DNA of 64,000 nt, from NCBI RefSeq assembly GCF_964355755.1, contig NC_092672.1:32990437-33054436 (forward strand), given 5' to 3'. This document shows, piece by piece, positions 23,016-35,231 of this stretch. The notes beneath the pieces were generated by a model. The model had not been told where the DNA came from. It made no database searches and saw only the letters and a program-made list of their open reading frames with translations. Both the position numbers and the translations under genes were made by a program. Each line of letters opens with the position of its first letter. Position 1 is the first letter of the stretch. Origin of the DNA: Antedon mediterranea (lineage: Eukaryota > Animalia > Echinodermata).

Positions 23016-26000
23016 ATGGTGAAGACAGCTGAAAGGAAAGATGCAGCAAAGAAAGCTACCAAAAAAAGTGGTAAGAAAAATAAAGAAGTTTCAGAATCGG
23101 CAACTAAATTAAAGCAAAAGAAAAAAGTGATGAAGAAAAAACAGCAAGCTGAGGAGTCAGATGATGATTATGAGTTACCAAATCCAGCTTTTGAATGCCC
23201 GGACGAAAATGCAGAGCAAGCATTATCCGCGTCATTCATTGAGTTGTACGAAAAAAAGCAGGAGGCTGAAGCTGCAAAGCAGTTTGTAAAATTAACTGAG
23301 GAACAAACAGAGAAAAAAGTCAGTGAAAAGTCGAGAAAAAAGTCACAAAAAGATGATGTGGTCGAGAATGAAAAAAGTAAGGCGACGAAAAAACGTAAAC
23401 AAAATAAAGAAAACGATGACTCCAATGCGAAAAAAGCAAAAACTTCAAACAAGAAAAAAACTGAAACTGTTAATGTAAATGCGACAGAAGAGGGTAAACG
23501 CAAACTACCGAAAAAAATAGGAAGTGTTAAAGTAGAAGTGGGAAGCATTGTTGAACCTGAAGAAAAACGTGAAAAGAGGGATGTGAAAAAACGAAAAGTG
23601 AGTACAACAAAAAAAGAAGAAAGTTCAAACGATGAAAGAGATACAGACGAGTCAGACAGATTACAAAAAAAAGGTTAGTTTGATAGTAGAATTTTCATAA
23701 AAATTGAATTGCGTGGGGTAAATGCAAGTTTGACATAAGGTGACTGGATTCATCTTTTATCTTTATTTAAGATGTTCACCTACTGTACTGACCTAACTTA
23801 CACCCTAATAAAGCCTTGTCTACACTATGAAACTTTAAGTGGCAAAACAATCGGATATGCCCATATATGTATCACTATCATACAGTATCTATACCATATT
23901 ATGTGGGCACATTTGTTTGTCATGTTTGATAATGTAACTTGTAAGTGTAGACAGAGCTTTAGAAGAATTCTGTACTGTAGAGTAATTTGTTGTTTTTGTA
24001 TCGGGACAGTGTTATTAAACTCAGTTTGATGTGCCCAAATATGGTAGTGATATGCCCAAATATGGTAGTGATATGCCCAAATATGGTAGTGATATGCCCA
24101 AATATGGTAGTGATATGCCCAAATATGGTAGTGATATGCCCAAATATGGTAGTGATATGACAGCATCATGTCAATGATAATTGAAGGGAATGGTGTTTAA
24201 CAGAGCATTTTAACGGTTATTCGAAGGATTGCGTGCACTTTATAAAGAATCTGGCGCATCCTGCGTAAAAATGTTGGCAGGTATGTTTTTCCGTAGGGTG
24301 ATATCTAGCAGTTTAATGGTCTGATTTTCAGTTACGTTCAGGCGGCCAATCTTTTTAACTCATGGAATTGTCTTGTGTTTAAAGTTCTGTCCACACTATC
24401 AAACTTTATGTGATAAAAAAATGTGATGTGCTTATATACATGCACAATAATATATCTTGAAATAAGTATATAATCAATTGTTTATTTAAGTAAAGGAACT
24501 AATGCATTCTCCATTGTTGTGTTTTACTCCAACACAATCTTTAAAAGTGAATGATTTTAAGGGGAAAAACTTGATATTAAATTACTTTGTGTTGAGTTGG
24601 GCGTGGTCATTGTTGCAGTCTATTCTACATGTGCATTAAATGAGAAGGGCCTAAAGTGCGAAGTTAAAAACATTCTGGCTACAGTCCTGACTGACCCTAA
24701 TGGTGTCCCATATACACAGATTTTAGAACTGGCCAACCACAGTGAGTTACCATCACCCCTCCCCACTATACATTATATAACCCCCATGTTAAAATTCTAA
24801 GTTGTATACTACACATCCATAACATAGTCTAAACAAGTGTTCATTTCAAAGCCATAACATTAGAAATGTTGGGTGTAGGCCTTGGTGTTATAATATTAAC
24901 TATATACAAGATACATTATCACATGAATAGACCTATGTTTCTAACATTAAATGTTAACATCGAATGATGCATTCATAATGTGCTTTGACCTCAGGTCAGA
25001 TCGTGCTGAGCATTGGCAACTTGCCAACTGGTTGCAATAAGGAAGCCCTGAATTTCTTTTTTCATGAAAGTAATCTTTTTCCTAAAATCAACTTGAAGAA
25101 AAGACCAGTTACTTTTGAGAATTCAAGGGGTGAAAAGAAAAAGAAATTGGTATGTAAAGGGTAAGTTCTTCGAAATTGTTTTCATTTATGGTAGTTAAAA
25201 TGCGCTGTGTACTCCGTTAACATCACAGGAAGGAAACGAAAACATTAATCATAACTTGTGATGGCACATAGGTTAACATTCTTCAGTGAACAAAAAAAAA
25301 ACCTGTTTGGTGTGATACATATATACGCAACTTTTCATTAACATTTTCTTATTTAACATTCCTTATAAAATATTATTGGTATCAGTTAAATATGACGGTA
25401 GTACTGTACTATTATTTTCTTATTTTTTTATCTATAAAAAAAATTGTTATGGACCAGAATTACCACTAAAAATAATTGAAGGTTTGATGATTAGCAATTT
25501 TGAAAACTTTTGAACAAAAAAATATTTTTTTCAAGAATAACTTTTTTTAAGAAATTCGTTAACTCTTAAATAAAACAAAGGGTGTGTTTTTCCAGGCCCT
25601 AGAAAAAAAATAGAGGTTGAGCGGAAAAAGGGTTAAACAGTTGATCGCAAAGTTTTCAACGAGGCACCAGAGGCTTGTTGAGCGAGTACTAAGTTTCAAT
25701 TTGTACTCGGAGAAAAAAAAACCTAGGCTGGGTACAATGCCGATCTTAGCCCCCGTAAAAATAGTTCCTTAAATATTCAACTAACCATTTAAAATGTCTT
25801 CTAAGTGCAGTCAGCTGTTGATATTTTTTCCCTAGGCCTAAAGCAAAAGCAATGGTCTACAAAAAAACTATAGAGGGCTTTTGTATACATGTGTCCAAAT
25901 CCGTGCATGATGCATGGTAGTGAACAAGCAAACTGCACATGCTCAGAACATAAAACTAAAAAAAAATGTGTGCAGAAAATGATGTTTTATTTTTCCTCTT

Positions 26001-29000
26001 TTAGGCCCAACCTTATAGAAGTATTAAATTCTGTAGCAAAAAAATAATGTGTTGCTTCTAAAACATAGAGGGCTTTATTAAACATGTTTATTATGAGGTG
26101 ATAGCGAGACACATCAATGAGGTCAAGGCCATTAGTATAAGACTAAAATGTTCCGTAAATTGTTGTTCAGTACATGTGCTGTACAATAGCATTGAATTCC
26201 TCCAGCAAAAATTCAACAGCAGAAAGAATGTTTAATTTAGTCTACAGGCCAACATTGAGCTTATATTAAGCATAATAACTTTATAAATAATACTATAAAA
26301 TATACATACTGTACATGCAATTAAAATACTCCCATTATAATTTTGTCTTTGGGCCAGCATTGAGCTTATATTAACCATATAATAACTTATAATATTGTCA
26401 AATATACATACTGTACACAATTAAAATAGTCCCATATTAAAAAGTATGCCATTTCACAATAAAATATATTTAAATACATTTGTACTGTACTACCAACTAA
26501 AGCTATGTGCATTTGGTGTTAGACTCGCATTGTATGCCTTTCACACTAAAAGTCTATAATCTTGCATATTATTTATTGGCTCATTTTCTATATCGTGAGT
26601 ACAATCAAAATACATAATACATGACGATAACTTGTGGTTGCAGTCAAAAATGTGTCCTCTACTTTGATTTGAATATCATGAAGAATTGTGTTCCCTTGAC
26701 TTGTTCCCCTTGGAGCAACGTAAGGTCAATGCAAGTGACTTGACCAATCACAAGTGGTAGTTCGGATGATCCATTGCGTTGTCATTGGTCAAATTGCTTG
26801 CAGTGCGCTTACATACTTGTGTTGGTGTTCGAGTGGGAACAAAGCTTATCTTGGCAAATAAACATGGACATAAAAATAGCAAAGCTTTTATGTTATGATA
26901 TAAAAATAATACATCTAAAATTCATACAATTTATGTGATTAAGGATCCTACCAGCATTGTCAAAACCTTGAAGGAAAGGTCAACCCGTGCAGGAGAGGTG
27001 AAACCAGCGATCTTATAATTTATGTAATAGTACTATAATATTTTCGATCAAATTTCAGGTCCGCTACCTTAACATGCAAATCACAGGCCGTAGCAGATGA
27101 AATTCTAAAGTTAGATGGCGCAACGATGACGTCTGAGACCGGTGAGGAGTCGGAGGTCACGATATCGTTACAACGAATGGCTGATCCTATTGAAAGTATG
27201 TGTTTTGTATCTTGGATCAAATTTTGTTTTTTTAAACTAATTAATTTTTGTATATTTTTATTTATTTTTTATTCTGTTGGACATCCCTATAATAAAGAGT
27301 CACTTTCCCATGACATGATCAAGAGGAAATTAGGACACATCTACAGGGACACCTTTTTTGATCCCCTTAACAATAGGTTCTACTGTAGTATAGTTTAAAG
27401 CAGTCAAAAACATTTGAATTTTTTTATAAATAGATGCAACAAAGTTGTATATTGGAGGACTGCATCCAAAGGTAACAGAGACAGAAGTACGAGAGGCCTT
27501 TGAAGGTGAGGGCATCAGCTTGGTCAAGTACAAGAGAGCAAGTTGGAAAGGACAGAAAAAGACTAGGTCTAAAGGGTAAAAGAAAAACATTCTTTCATTT
27601 TTTAAGTTTAAGCTTGAGAGATGGCATTGGTAATTTTAATGTGTATAGAATGTATTATATCAATATGAAACGATAAAGATGAGTAAAGCTGTGGGGAATA
27701 AAAAAAAAAAACGCCTCCCCAAACCAGATTCGAACCCGGAACAGTCTGCTTAATATGCAGATGTCCTAACCATTGGACCACTCAGGCTTTCATGGTTTTG
27801 TTCAAACTTGATTAGAAGCAACTCCTTAACACGCGTGGTACAGCGGAACAGCACTAGTTCCTTAATTGTATGCATGCGCACCAGAGATCAAATTGATACG
27901 CCCTCATCTTTTTAGTGTTTTTATTCGCGAAGCGGGATCTCCGAAGAGGTACTTTTATATATAAATTTATATAGCGCATTCCATAATATTATATAAATAT
28001 GTTCAAATGCTGCTTTTTCACATTATTTCTCCGGTTATTTTGATCAAACATGTATGAAAACATAGTTCCATAATGCTGTAATTCCGTAATCAGTGCTTGG
28101 TGCTTTGACCTTACCAGGTACCCATTTATACACCTGGGTGGAGAGAAGCAAACATAAGTAAGGTGTCTTGCCTAAGGATACAGTCAGTCATTGGACTCAA
28201 ACTCTCTGGTAAACTTAGAATCGCACTAGAGGCCTGTGGCCGTATTCACCTATCACACTTAGGCGAAGGGAAATACTTACCCTTAAAATAACAAAAATAT
28301 CTCCTATCTAAGTGAATAATATCTCCTATCTAAGTGAATACACTTGAAGGGAAATACTTAAATATTAATATTATTTCACTTAACTCAATAAATACTTAAG
28401 TGAATTATCTCACGTAAGTGTGATTGGTGAATATGGAAACTGATTCCTACTCGTGAAAAATAATTTACATTTGAATTCTGTACTGTATGATCTAAGAATC
28501 GAGAATCCACCACTTTTACAATTATTCTACTCTAGAAATCATTATGTATTACATAGTTATGATTTTTGATTAAAGATTACAAGAAACCACATTTTCAAAC
28601 ATGAAAGGCAGAGGCTTTCCGAAAGTCAACCACATTTCTGTTTAAAAAAAATAAAGACAGAGGCTTAAAGTTTGACCACAATCTTGTCTGATACAGTATG
28701 TGCATCATTAGCAGCTAATGATCTTAGGCCATGGGGAATTGATTTTATGGTTCTCACTCATCAACAGTGTGTGAAATTCAGCCTCTACGTATGTTCATGT
28801 TTCACCTTTGTTGTTTCAAAAAATAAATAAATACTGGGAATGGTGTGGAAATTGTTCCGTCCTCTTATTTATTTGCATCAGGACGGTTAAAGATGTATCC
28901 CCCAAAAACATTAAAAGATTAATTTAAAAAAAGACTTTGGCCATTTTACAGTTTTAATAATCACAATTCCCTAGAAAAAAAAAAAAAAAATTTTTTTCCT

Positions 29001-29372
29001 ATAATATAAACAAACAAAAAACTGTTTAATTCAACAAAAAAGCCCATTCATTGACTTCCAGTCTCCAAATTTTTTTTTATATTATTTTTTCAGGTAAATA
29101 TTTTTGAATAACTATACAACACTAAAATGGCATATTCAACAAAAATATTGGGGGGACATATCTAACAAAAGGGACCATGTCAAAATTATTCTACTGCAGT
29201 TACTGCAGTAACTACTTTTTTTTTTCCGTTTGCTTTTAACCTAATCATACACGTTTTTTTCTAATATAGATATGGATTTGTTTGGGTAGCATCACCAGAG
29301 GATGTGAATAAAACACTGGTTGCTGATATAACAATTGAAGGAAAACAACTTGTAATTATGCATTCAAAATAA
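23016..29372 (+). CDS. Nucleolin-like two-RRM protein with Lys/Glu-rich N-terminus (~401 aa)
   Basis: Exons 23016-23673, 24995-25160, 27059-27195, 27434-27575, 29270-29372 join in phase. RRM1 LSIGNL / KGSATLTC (degenerate); RRM2 LYIGGL / KGYGFVWV. Confidence 0.82.
24027..24172. repeat. 21-bp tandem repeat (~6 copies) derived from MITE family A
   Basis: (GATATGCCCAAATATGGTAGT)n. Confidence 0.92.
27712..27787 (-). mobile_element. tRNA-derived sequence (SINE head or pseudo-tRNA)
   Basis: A box TGGTCCAATGG, B box GGTTCGAATC, stem TCTGC/GCAGA with 7-nt loop, poor acceptor stem, followed by a T run. Confidence 0.6.
28095..28230 (-). mobile_element. CORE-like SINE fragment
   Basis: GGTACCCATTTATACACCTGGGTGGAGAGA...GTCTTGCCTAAGG resembles the SINE CORE domain. 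Confidence 0.55.
28238..28437. mobile_element. MITE (Harbinger-like)
   Basis: CCGTATTCACCTATCACACTTA ... TAAGTGTGATTGGTGAATATGG. Confidence 0.7.
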
Positions 29373-29792
29373 TGAAACACGATCAAACGTAAGGTCATAT
29401 TCGGTCATTTGTAAGCCGCAACAATTATGAAAATATATTTGATTTGATATTTAACCAGACAGCAGGCTACAGTATATTAACGATGGAATCATAGATGAGA
29501 ATGTGACATTAAAAAAATAATAATTTTATAATTGTTTTTTTGTTGAATTATTCTGTTGAAGCCAAAATGTTAAACATACAGAGGATATAAGTCAAATCAA
29601 ATCAATCTCTTTATTCATCTCATAACAAAAACAATACACATAACAAAATAGGGTAAATAAATTTAAAGAAGATGAAAGGGACCTACAGGAAACCCTATGG
29701 GGCTGTGATAGCACTAAAAACTAGTTATATTGAGATAATAAACTAATAAATAAAAGCTTGTATAGACGAATAGACCATGAAAGCACATTGTT

Positions 29793-29941
29793 AAGCTTGG
29801 TCCCCACTAGGACGTTACCACAACGGAAGTAACTTGGCCACTCACAAGCGATGGATTATCCGAACTGCGGCTTGTCATTGGTCAATTCGTTCGCGTTGCG
29901 CTTACGTCCTTGCGTTGCGTCCTAGTGGAAACCAATCTTTA
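29793..29941. mobile_element. MITE family B (GCTTGGTTCCCACTAG ends, internal TGACCAATCAC...ATTGGTCA)
   Basis: TIRs; related copies at ~50-110, 1865-2030, 12480-12710, 15550-15770, 26700-26848, 50310-50422, 56735-56892. Confidence 0.75.
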
Positions 29942-30643
29942 AGGAATACTATTGCCATGTACTTTGTCCAAGCATAGCCGCCTACTGACGATCAACAGTA
30001 CAATACAGTGAAATAGCAGTATTTTTAGCCATCACGCCAAGTTTACAATATACTAAAATCTGTACTATTCTCTGACCCGTGTCTAAGCCCACTCATCCTC
30101 AAAATTTAAGTAATTTTCATGCAAGCTAACCCACTACATTTTGCTAAGCTAATTCTCCCAAACCCAATATTCAAGAACAGGGTGGGCTTACCCCAAATGG
30201 TACTACTGCACGCATGAGTCATAATAAGATATCACTCACTATTAACATACCATTTCACTGCCTCAGTCAGTTGGAATGATTCAACACTGCCTGTCACAAC
30301 TTTTAGTTGGCCGAAGTTTGTCCTGATTCAACGTAAATTGTCTTCCGGCTATACAAATTTACCACAAAGCTTTTAATAAGCATAAGGCCTAGCTAGTCAT
30401 GTTTGGTAGTGCAACAGCTAACGTAGGCCTAAAAAGTTATGTATGTAGGCCTAAATATGTGTAATAATAATTTAGACAATTTCTCAAGTCAAATGTAAGA
30501 GTACGTCTATGTTTTATTGTTTCAACTTATTTGAATCTGAACATTCAGAAGATGGGGGGTAGGGAGGGAGTGAAGGCAGTGCCAACCCTTTCATAGAGAA
30601 TAGTTCAATTCAATTTTAGACCATGTCAAAATTATTCTACTTA

Positions 30644-33600
30644 CTCTAGTAGCTAGATCAACTTTCGTATGCACTTTGAGGTCCAGAGAATTTGACTTCA
30701 GAAATTGGTTTAGGGTGGTCAAACAATCATTTTTGGCTTGGTTACACATTTTGAAAATGTGGCGAAAGGTCAAAAGGTCAGGGTCAAAGGTTATAAGATC
30801 AAACACCATTATGTCCTTAAATCTCAACAACCACTGGTCACAGCGAGGTAATTTTGGTCTCAAATTGATCAGAAGGTATACATTCATATTCAGTATAATG
30901 AAACATTTTAGTCGAAAATGACCGGAAATGCCATTTCTGACCTTTGACCAATAAACCAGGGCATATCTGTATCTCCGTAACTATTGGCCGTAGAGACTTG
31001 AATTTGGGCTCAAATTGTTCGAAATATACATTTAGTTATTTGTTACACATTTTGAACAATGTTACAAAAGGTCAAAAGGTCAAGGCCAGGGGTTATATGA
31101 ATAAACACAAATAGGTATTTGTATCTCGGCAACCACAGGTCACAGCGAGTAAATTTTGGTCTCAAAATGTTCAGAAGGTATACATTCATATTCAGTCTAA
31201 TGAAACATTTTAGTAAAAAATGACCGGAAATGACATTTCTGACCTTTGACATACATACCAGGGCATCTTCTTATCTCTGTAAGTACAGGTCGTATAAACT
31301 TAAATTTAGTATCAAATTGTTAGAAATACACATATTTACATTCATTCTAACAGAAAATTTGGATAAAAAATGATCAGAAATACTATTAATTACTAATCTT
31401 TTAAATGAAAAACATATCTACCCAACTTATCATTAGACAGTAATGTTATGCAATAATTGATGCTTAATGATTTCATTATACTGTAGGAATTAAAACAAAT
31501 CCTTTACTGTTTGTAATAATTGTACTTTTGCTTATAATAATGCTAGAAAGTGTTGTTGACCCCCGAACGTTCAAACATTTTTGAGAATGCTAGAAGTAAT
31601 TTACTGTAGTTACCCGAATAAAAGCCTCGGGCATTTATTTATTCAGGGAAGGCGTTTATTTTGTTGGGTGTAATAATGGTAACATGTATAATCAAATAAA
31701 TACACCCCAGATATATATATAAATAAAGATATATATAATATAATAAGAATAATAACGGGATTAAACCTCATTCTATCCTGGTGGAAGTACAATCATGTAG
31801 GCCTAATAAAAGGTATCGGAGACCACAATAATAGACCAAGTCATTGTCATTATTACGTAACACTGTTGCATAATAGTTTTGAATGTCAACGACAAAACTT
31901 ATACATATACACGTCTGTTCCCAGTGTAGATAATAAAACAATATATATTTCTGGAGATTTATTATCAATACCACTAGAAACTTTGACATGTTTTAGGTAC
32001 TGAATGCATTGACAATAAAAGCATCAGAAGTTTATCATGATAAAATCATACTACAACACTGTACTACAGTACACAAGGGTGTTTTCAGGAAAGCTGGACA
32101 TATTGTACAATAGTAATGAAACTATGTATTGGCATAAAACTATGCAAAAGATTGTTGTCGAATTGTAGTTACAAACAAATAGATGATAGAATGAAGATCC
32201 ATTATGAGTGCAATCGTGTCAGGATAATGATGTGTCATTGTTTTATATCATTATACTGGCACCTGGAGGAGAAGATCCATTTAATGGAATCTATCACTTT
32301 TATTTTAAAAGACAGAAAGATTTCGTTAAAAAGCATAAAGAGGAAAACGAATCATGTAAAGTACCTTTTATCAGTTGAGAAACGAAATACAATTATTAAA
32401 ATTAGAGTATTCCTTCAAATAAACGCCACCATTCCCTCCAATAGAACACCATGTGGAATAAACGCCCCGCCACATGCATTTACACAATAATTGTATCACG
32501 TCAACACATTTCATTAACTACCATAAATCTACAATTTACCAAGCATTTTGACATAATTTTATCACTTTTTTATATTAATTGTGCAGTATTTTTTTACATC
32601 TAGGTGGTATTTATTTGATTATACATGTTACCATATTATACCCCAAATAAAGATGCCTGTCAAAAGGTCAAGGCCAGGGGTTATATGAATAAACACAAAT
32701 AGGTATTTGTATCTCGGCAACCACAGGTCACAGCGAGTAAATTTTGGTCTCAAAATGTTCAGAAGGTATACATTCATATTCAGTCTAATGAAACATTTTA
32801 GTAAAAAATGACCGGAAATGACATTTCTGACCTTTGACATACATACCAGGGCATCTTCTTATCTCTGTAAGTACAGGTCGTATAAACTTAAATTTAGTAT
32901 CAAATTGTTAGAAATACACATATTTACATTCATTCTAACAGAAAATTTGGATAAAAAATGATCAGAAATACTATTAATTACTAATCTTTTAAATGAAAAA
33001 CATATCTACCCAACTTATCATTAGACAGTAATGTTATGCAATAATTGATGCTTAATGATTTCATTATACTGTAGGAATTAAAACAAATCCTTTACTGTTT
33101 GTAATAATTGTACTTTTGCTTATAATAATGCTAGAAAGTGTTGTTGACCCCCGAACGTTCAAACATTTTTGAGAATGCTAGAAGTAATTTACTGTAGTTA
33201 CCCGAATAAAAGCCTCGGGCATTTATTTATTCAGGGAAGGCGTTTATTTTGTTGGGTGTAATAATGGTAACATGTATAATCAAATAAATACACCCCAGAT
33301 ATATATATAAATAAAGATATATATAATATAATAAGAATAATAACGGGATTAAACCTCATTCTATCCTGGTGGAAGTACAATCATGTAGGCCTAATAAAAG
33401 GTATCGGAGACCACAATAATAGACCAAGTCATTGTCATTATTACGTAACACTGTTGCATAATAGTTTTGAATGTCAACGACAAAACTTATACATATACAC
33501 GTCTGTTCCCAGTGTAGATAATAAAACAATATATATTTCTGGAGATTTATTATCAATACCACTAGAAACTTTGACATGTTTTAGGTACTGAATGCATTGA

Positions 33601-35231
33601 CAATAAAAGCATCAGAAGTTTATCATGATAAAATCATACTACAACACTGTACTACAGTACACAAGGGTGTTTTCAGGAAAGCTGGACATATTGTACAATA
33701 GTAATGAAACTATGTATTGGCATTTAAAACTATGCAAAAGATTGTTGTCGAATTGTAGTTACAAACAAATAGATGATAGAATGAAGATCCATTATGAGTG
33801 CAATCGTGTCAGGATAATGATGTGTCATTGTTTTATATCATTATACTGGCACCTGGAGGAGAAGATCCATTTAATGGAATCTATCACTTTTATTTTAAAA
33901 GACAGAAAGATTTCGTTAAAAAGCATAAAGAGGAAAACGAATCATGTAAAGTACCTTTTATCAGTTGAGAAACGAAATACAATTATTAAAATTAGAGTAT
34001 TCCTTCAAATAAACGCCACCATTCCCTCCAATAGAACACCATGTGGAATAAACGCCCCGCCACATGCATTTACACAATAATTGTATCACGTCAACACATT
34101 TCATTAACTACCATAAATCTACAATTTACCAAGCATTTTGACATAATTTTATCACTTTTTTATATTAATTGTGCAGTATTTTTTTACATCTAGGTGGTAT
34201 TTATTTGATTATACATGTTACCATATTATACCCCAAATAAAGATGCCTTCTTTCCCCCTAAAAACCATTTTGAACAATGAATGCCTGGGGCGTTTAATCG
34301 GATACATATGGCAAGTTACTTCTAGCATTCTGAAAAGAACTGTTGAGCTTAACGTTTCTATCAAAATGTCCTCGGGGACAGCAATAACTAGTATTTGAAA
34401 TTAAAACAATTTAAAGTATCAGTTATTGCATAACATTACTGTCTAAGGATAAGTTGTGTAGATATGTTTTTTGTTTGAAACATTGGTAATAGTATTTCTG
34501 TTCATCTTTTAACCACATTTTCTATTACAATGAATGTAAATATATATATTTCGAACAATTTGATACCAAATTTAAGTTTCTACGACCTGTACTTACAGAG
34601 ATATGAAGATGCCCTGGTATGTGGGTCAAAGGTCAGAAATGGCATTTCTGATCATTTTTGACTAAAATGCCCCATTAGATGGAATATAAATGCATGCCTT
34701 CTAAACATTTTGAGACCAAAATTGACTTGCTGCGACCAGTGGTTGCCGAGATACAAGTACCTTCTTTTATTTGTTCAAATAACCCATGACCTTGACCCTT
34801 TGACCTTTTGTAACATTTTTCAAAATGTGTAACAAATAACAAAACATATATTTCGAACAATTTAAAACCAAATTCAAGTGTCTACGACCAGTAGTTACGG
34901 AGATACATACATGCCCTAGGTTGTGGGTCAAAGGTCATAAATGGCATTTCCGGTCATTTTTTAATAAAATGTCCCATTAGACTGAATATAAATGTATACC
35001 TTCTGATTAATTTAAGACCAAAATTACCTCGTTGTGACCAGTGGTTGTTGAGATTTAAGGACATATTTATGTTTGGTCTTATGACTTTTCACCTTGACCT
35101 TTTGACCTTTCGCCACATTTTCAAAATGTGTAACCAAGCCAAATATGATTGTTTGACCACCCTAAACCAATTTCTGAAGTCAAATTCTCTGGACCTCAAA
35201 GTGCATACGAAAGTTGATCTAGCTACTAGAG
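30644..35231. mobile_element. ~4.6-kb foldback-type DNA element with ~1-kb inverted arms, nested inside a small MITE
   Basis: TA|CTCTAGTAGCTAGATCAACTTTCGTATGCACTTTGAGG ... CCTCAAAGTGCATACGAAAGTTGATCTAGCTACTAGAG|TA; arms 30644-~31640 and ~34280-35231; host MITE ends CATGTCAAAATTATTCTAC (~30622) and GTAGAATAATTTTGACATG (~35383). Confidence 0.88.
31071..34248. repeat. Near-identical 1.59-kb tandem duplication
   Basis: 31071-32658 repeated at 32659-34248; the only difference I noticed is a 2-bp indel (GGCATAAAAC vs GGCATTTAAAAC). Confidence 0.95.

Noticed and set aside
23168-23548. Antisense hydrophobic ORF (and similar ones opposite TMCO4 and GLCE exons)
   Set aside because: Shadow of A-rich coding sequence on the other strand
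23825-24169. HYHIWAY-repeat ORF
   Set aside because: Translation of the 21-bp MITE-derived repeat
27712-27787. Functional tRNA gene
   Set aside because: Acceptor and T stems pair poorly and the anticodon loop is non-canonical
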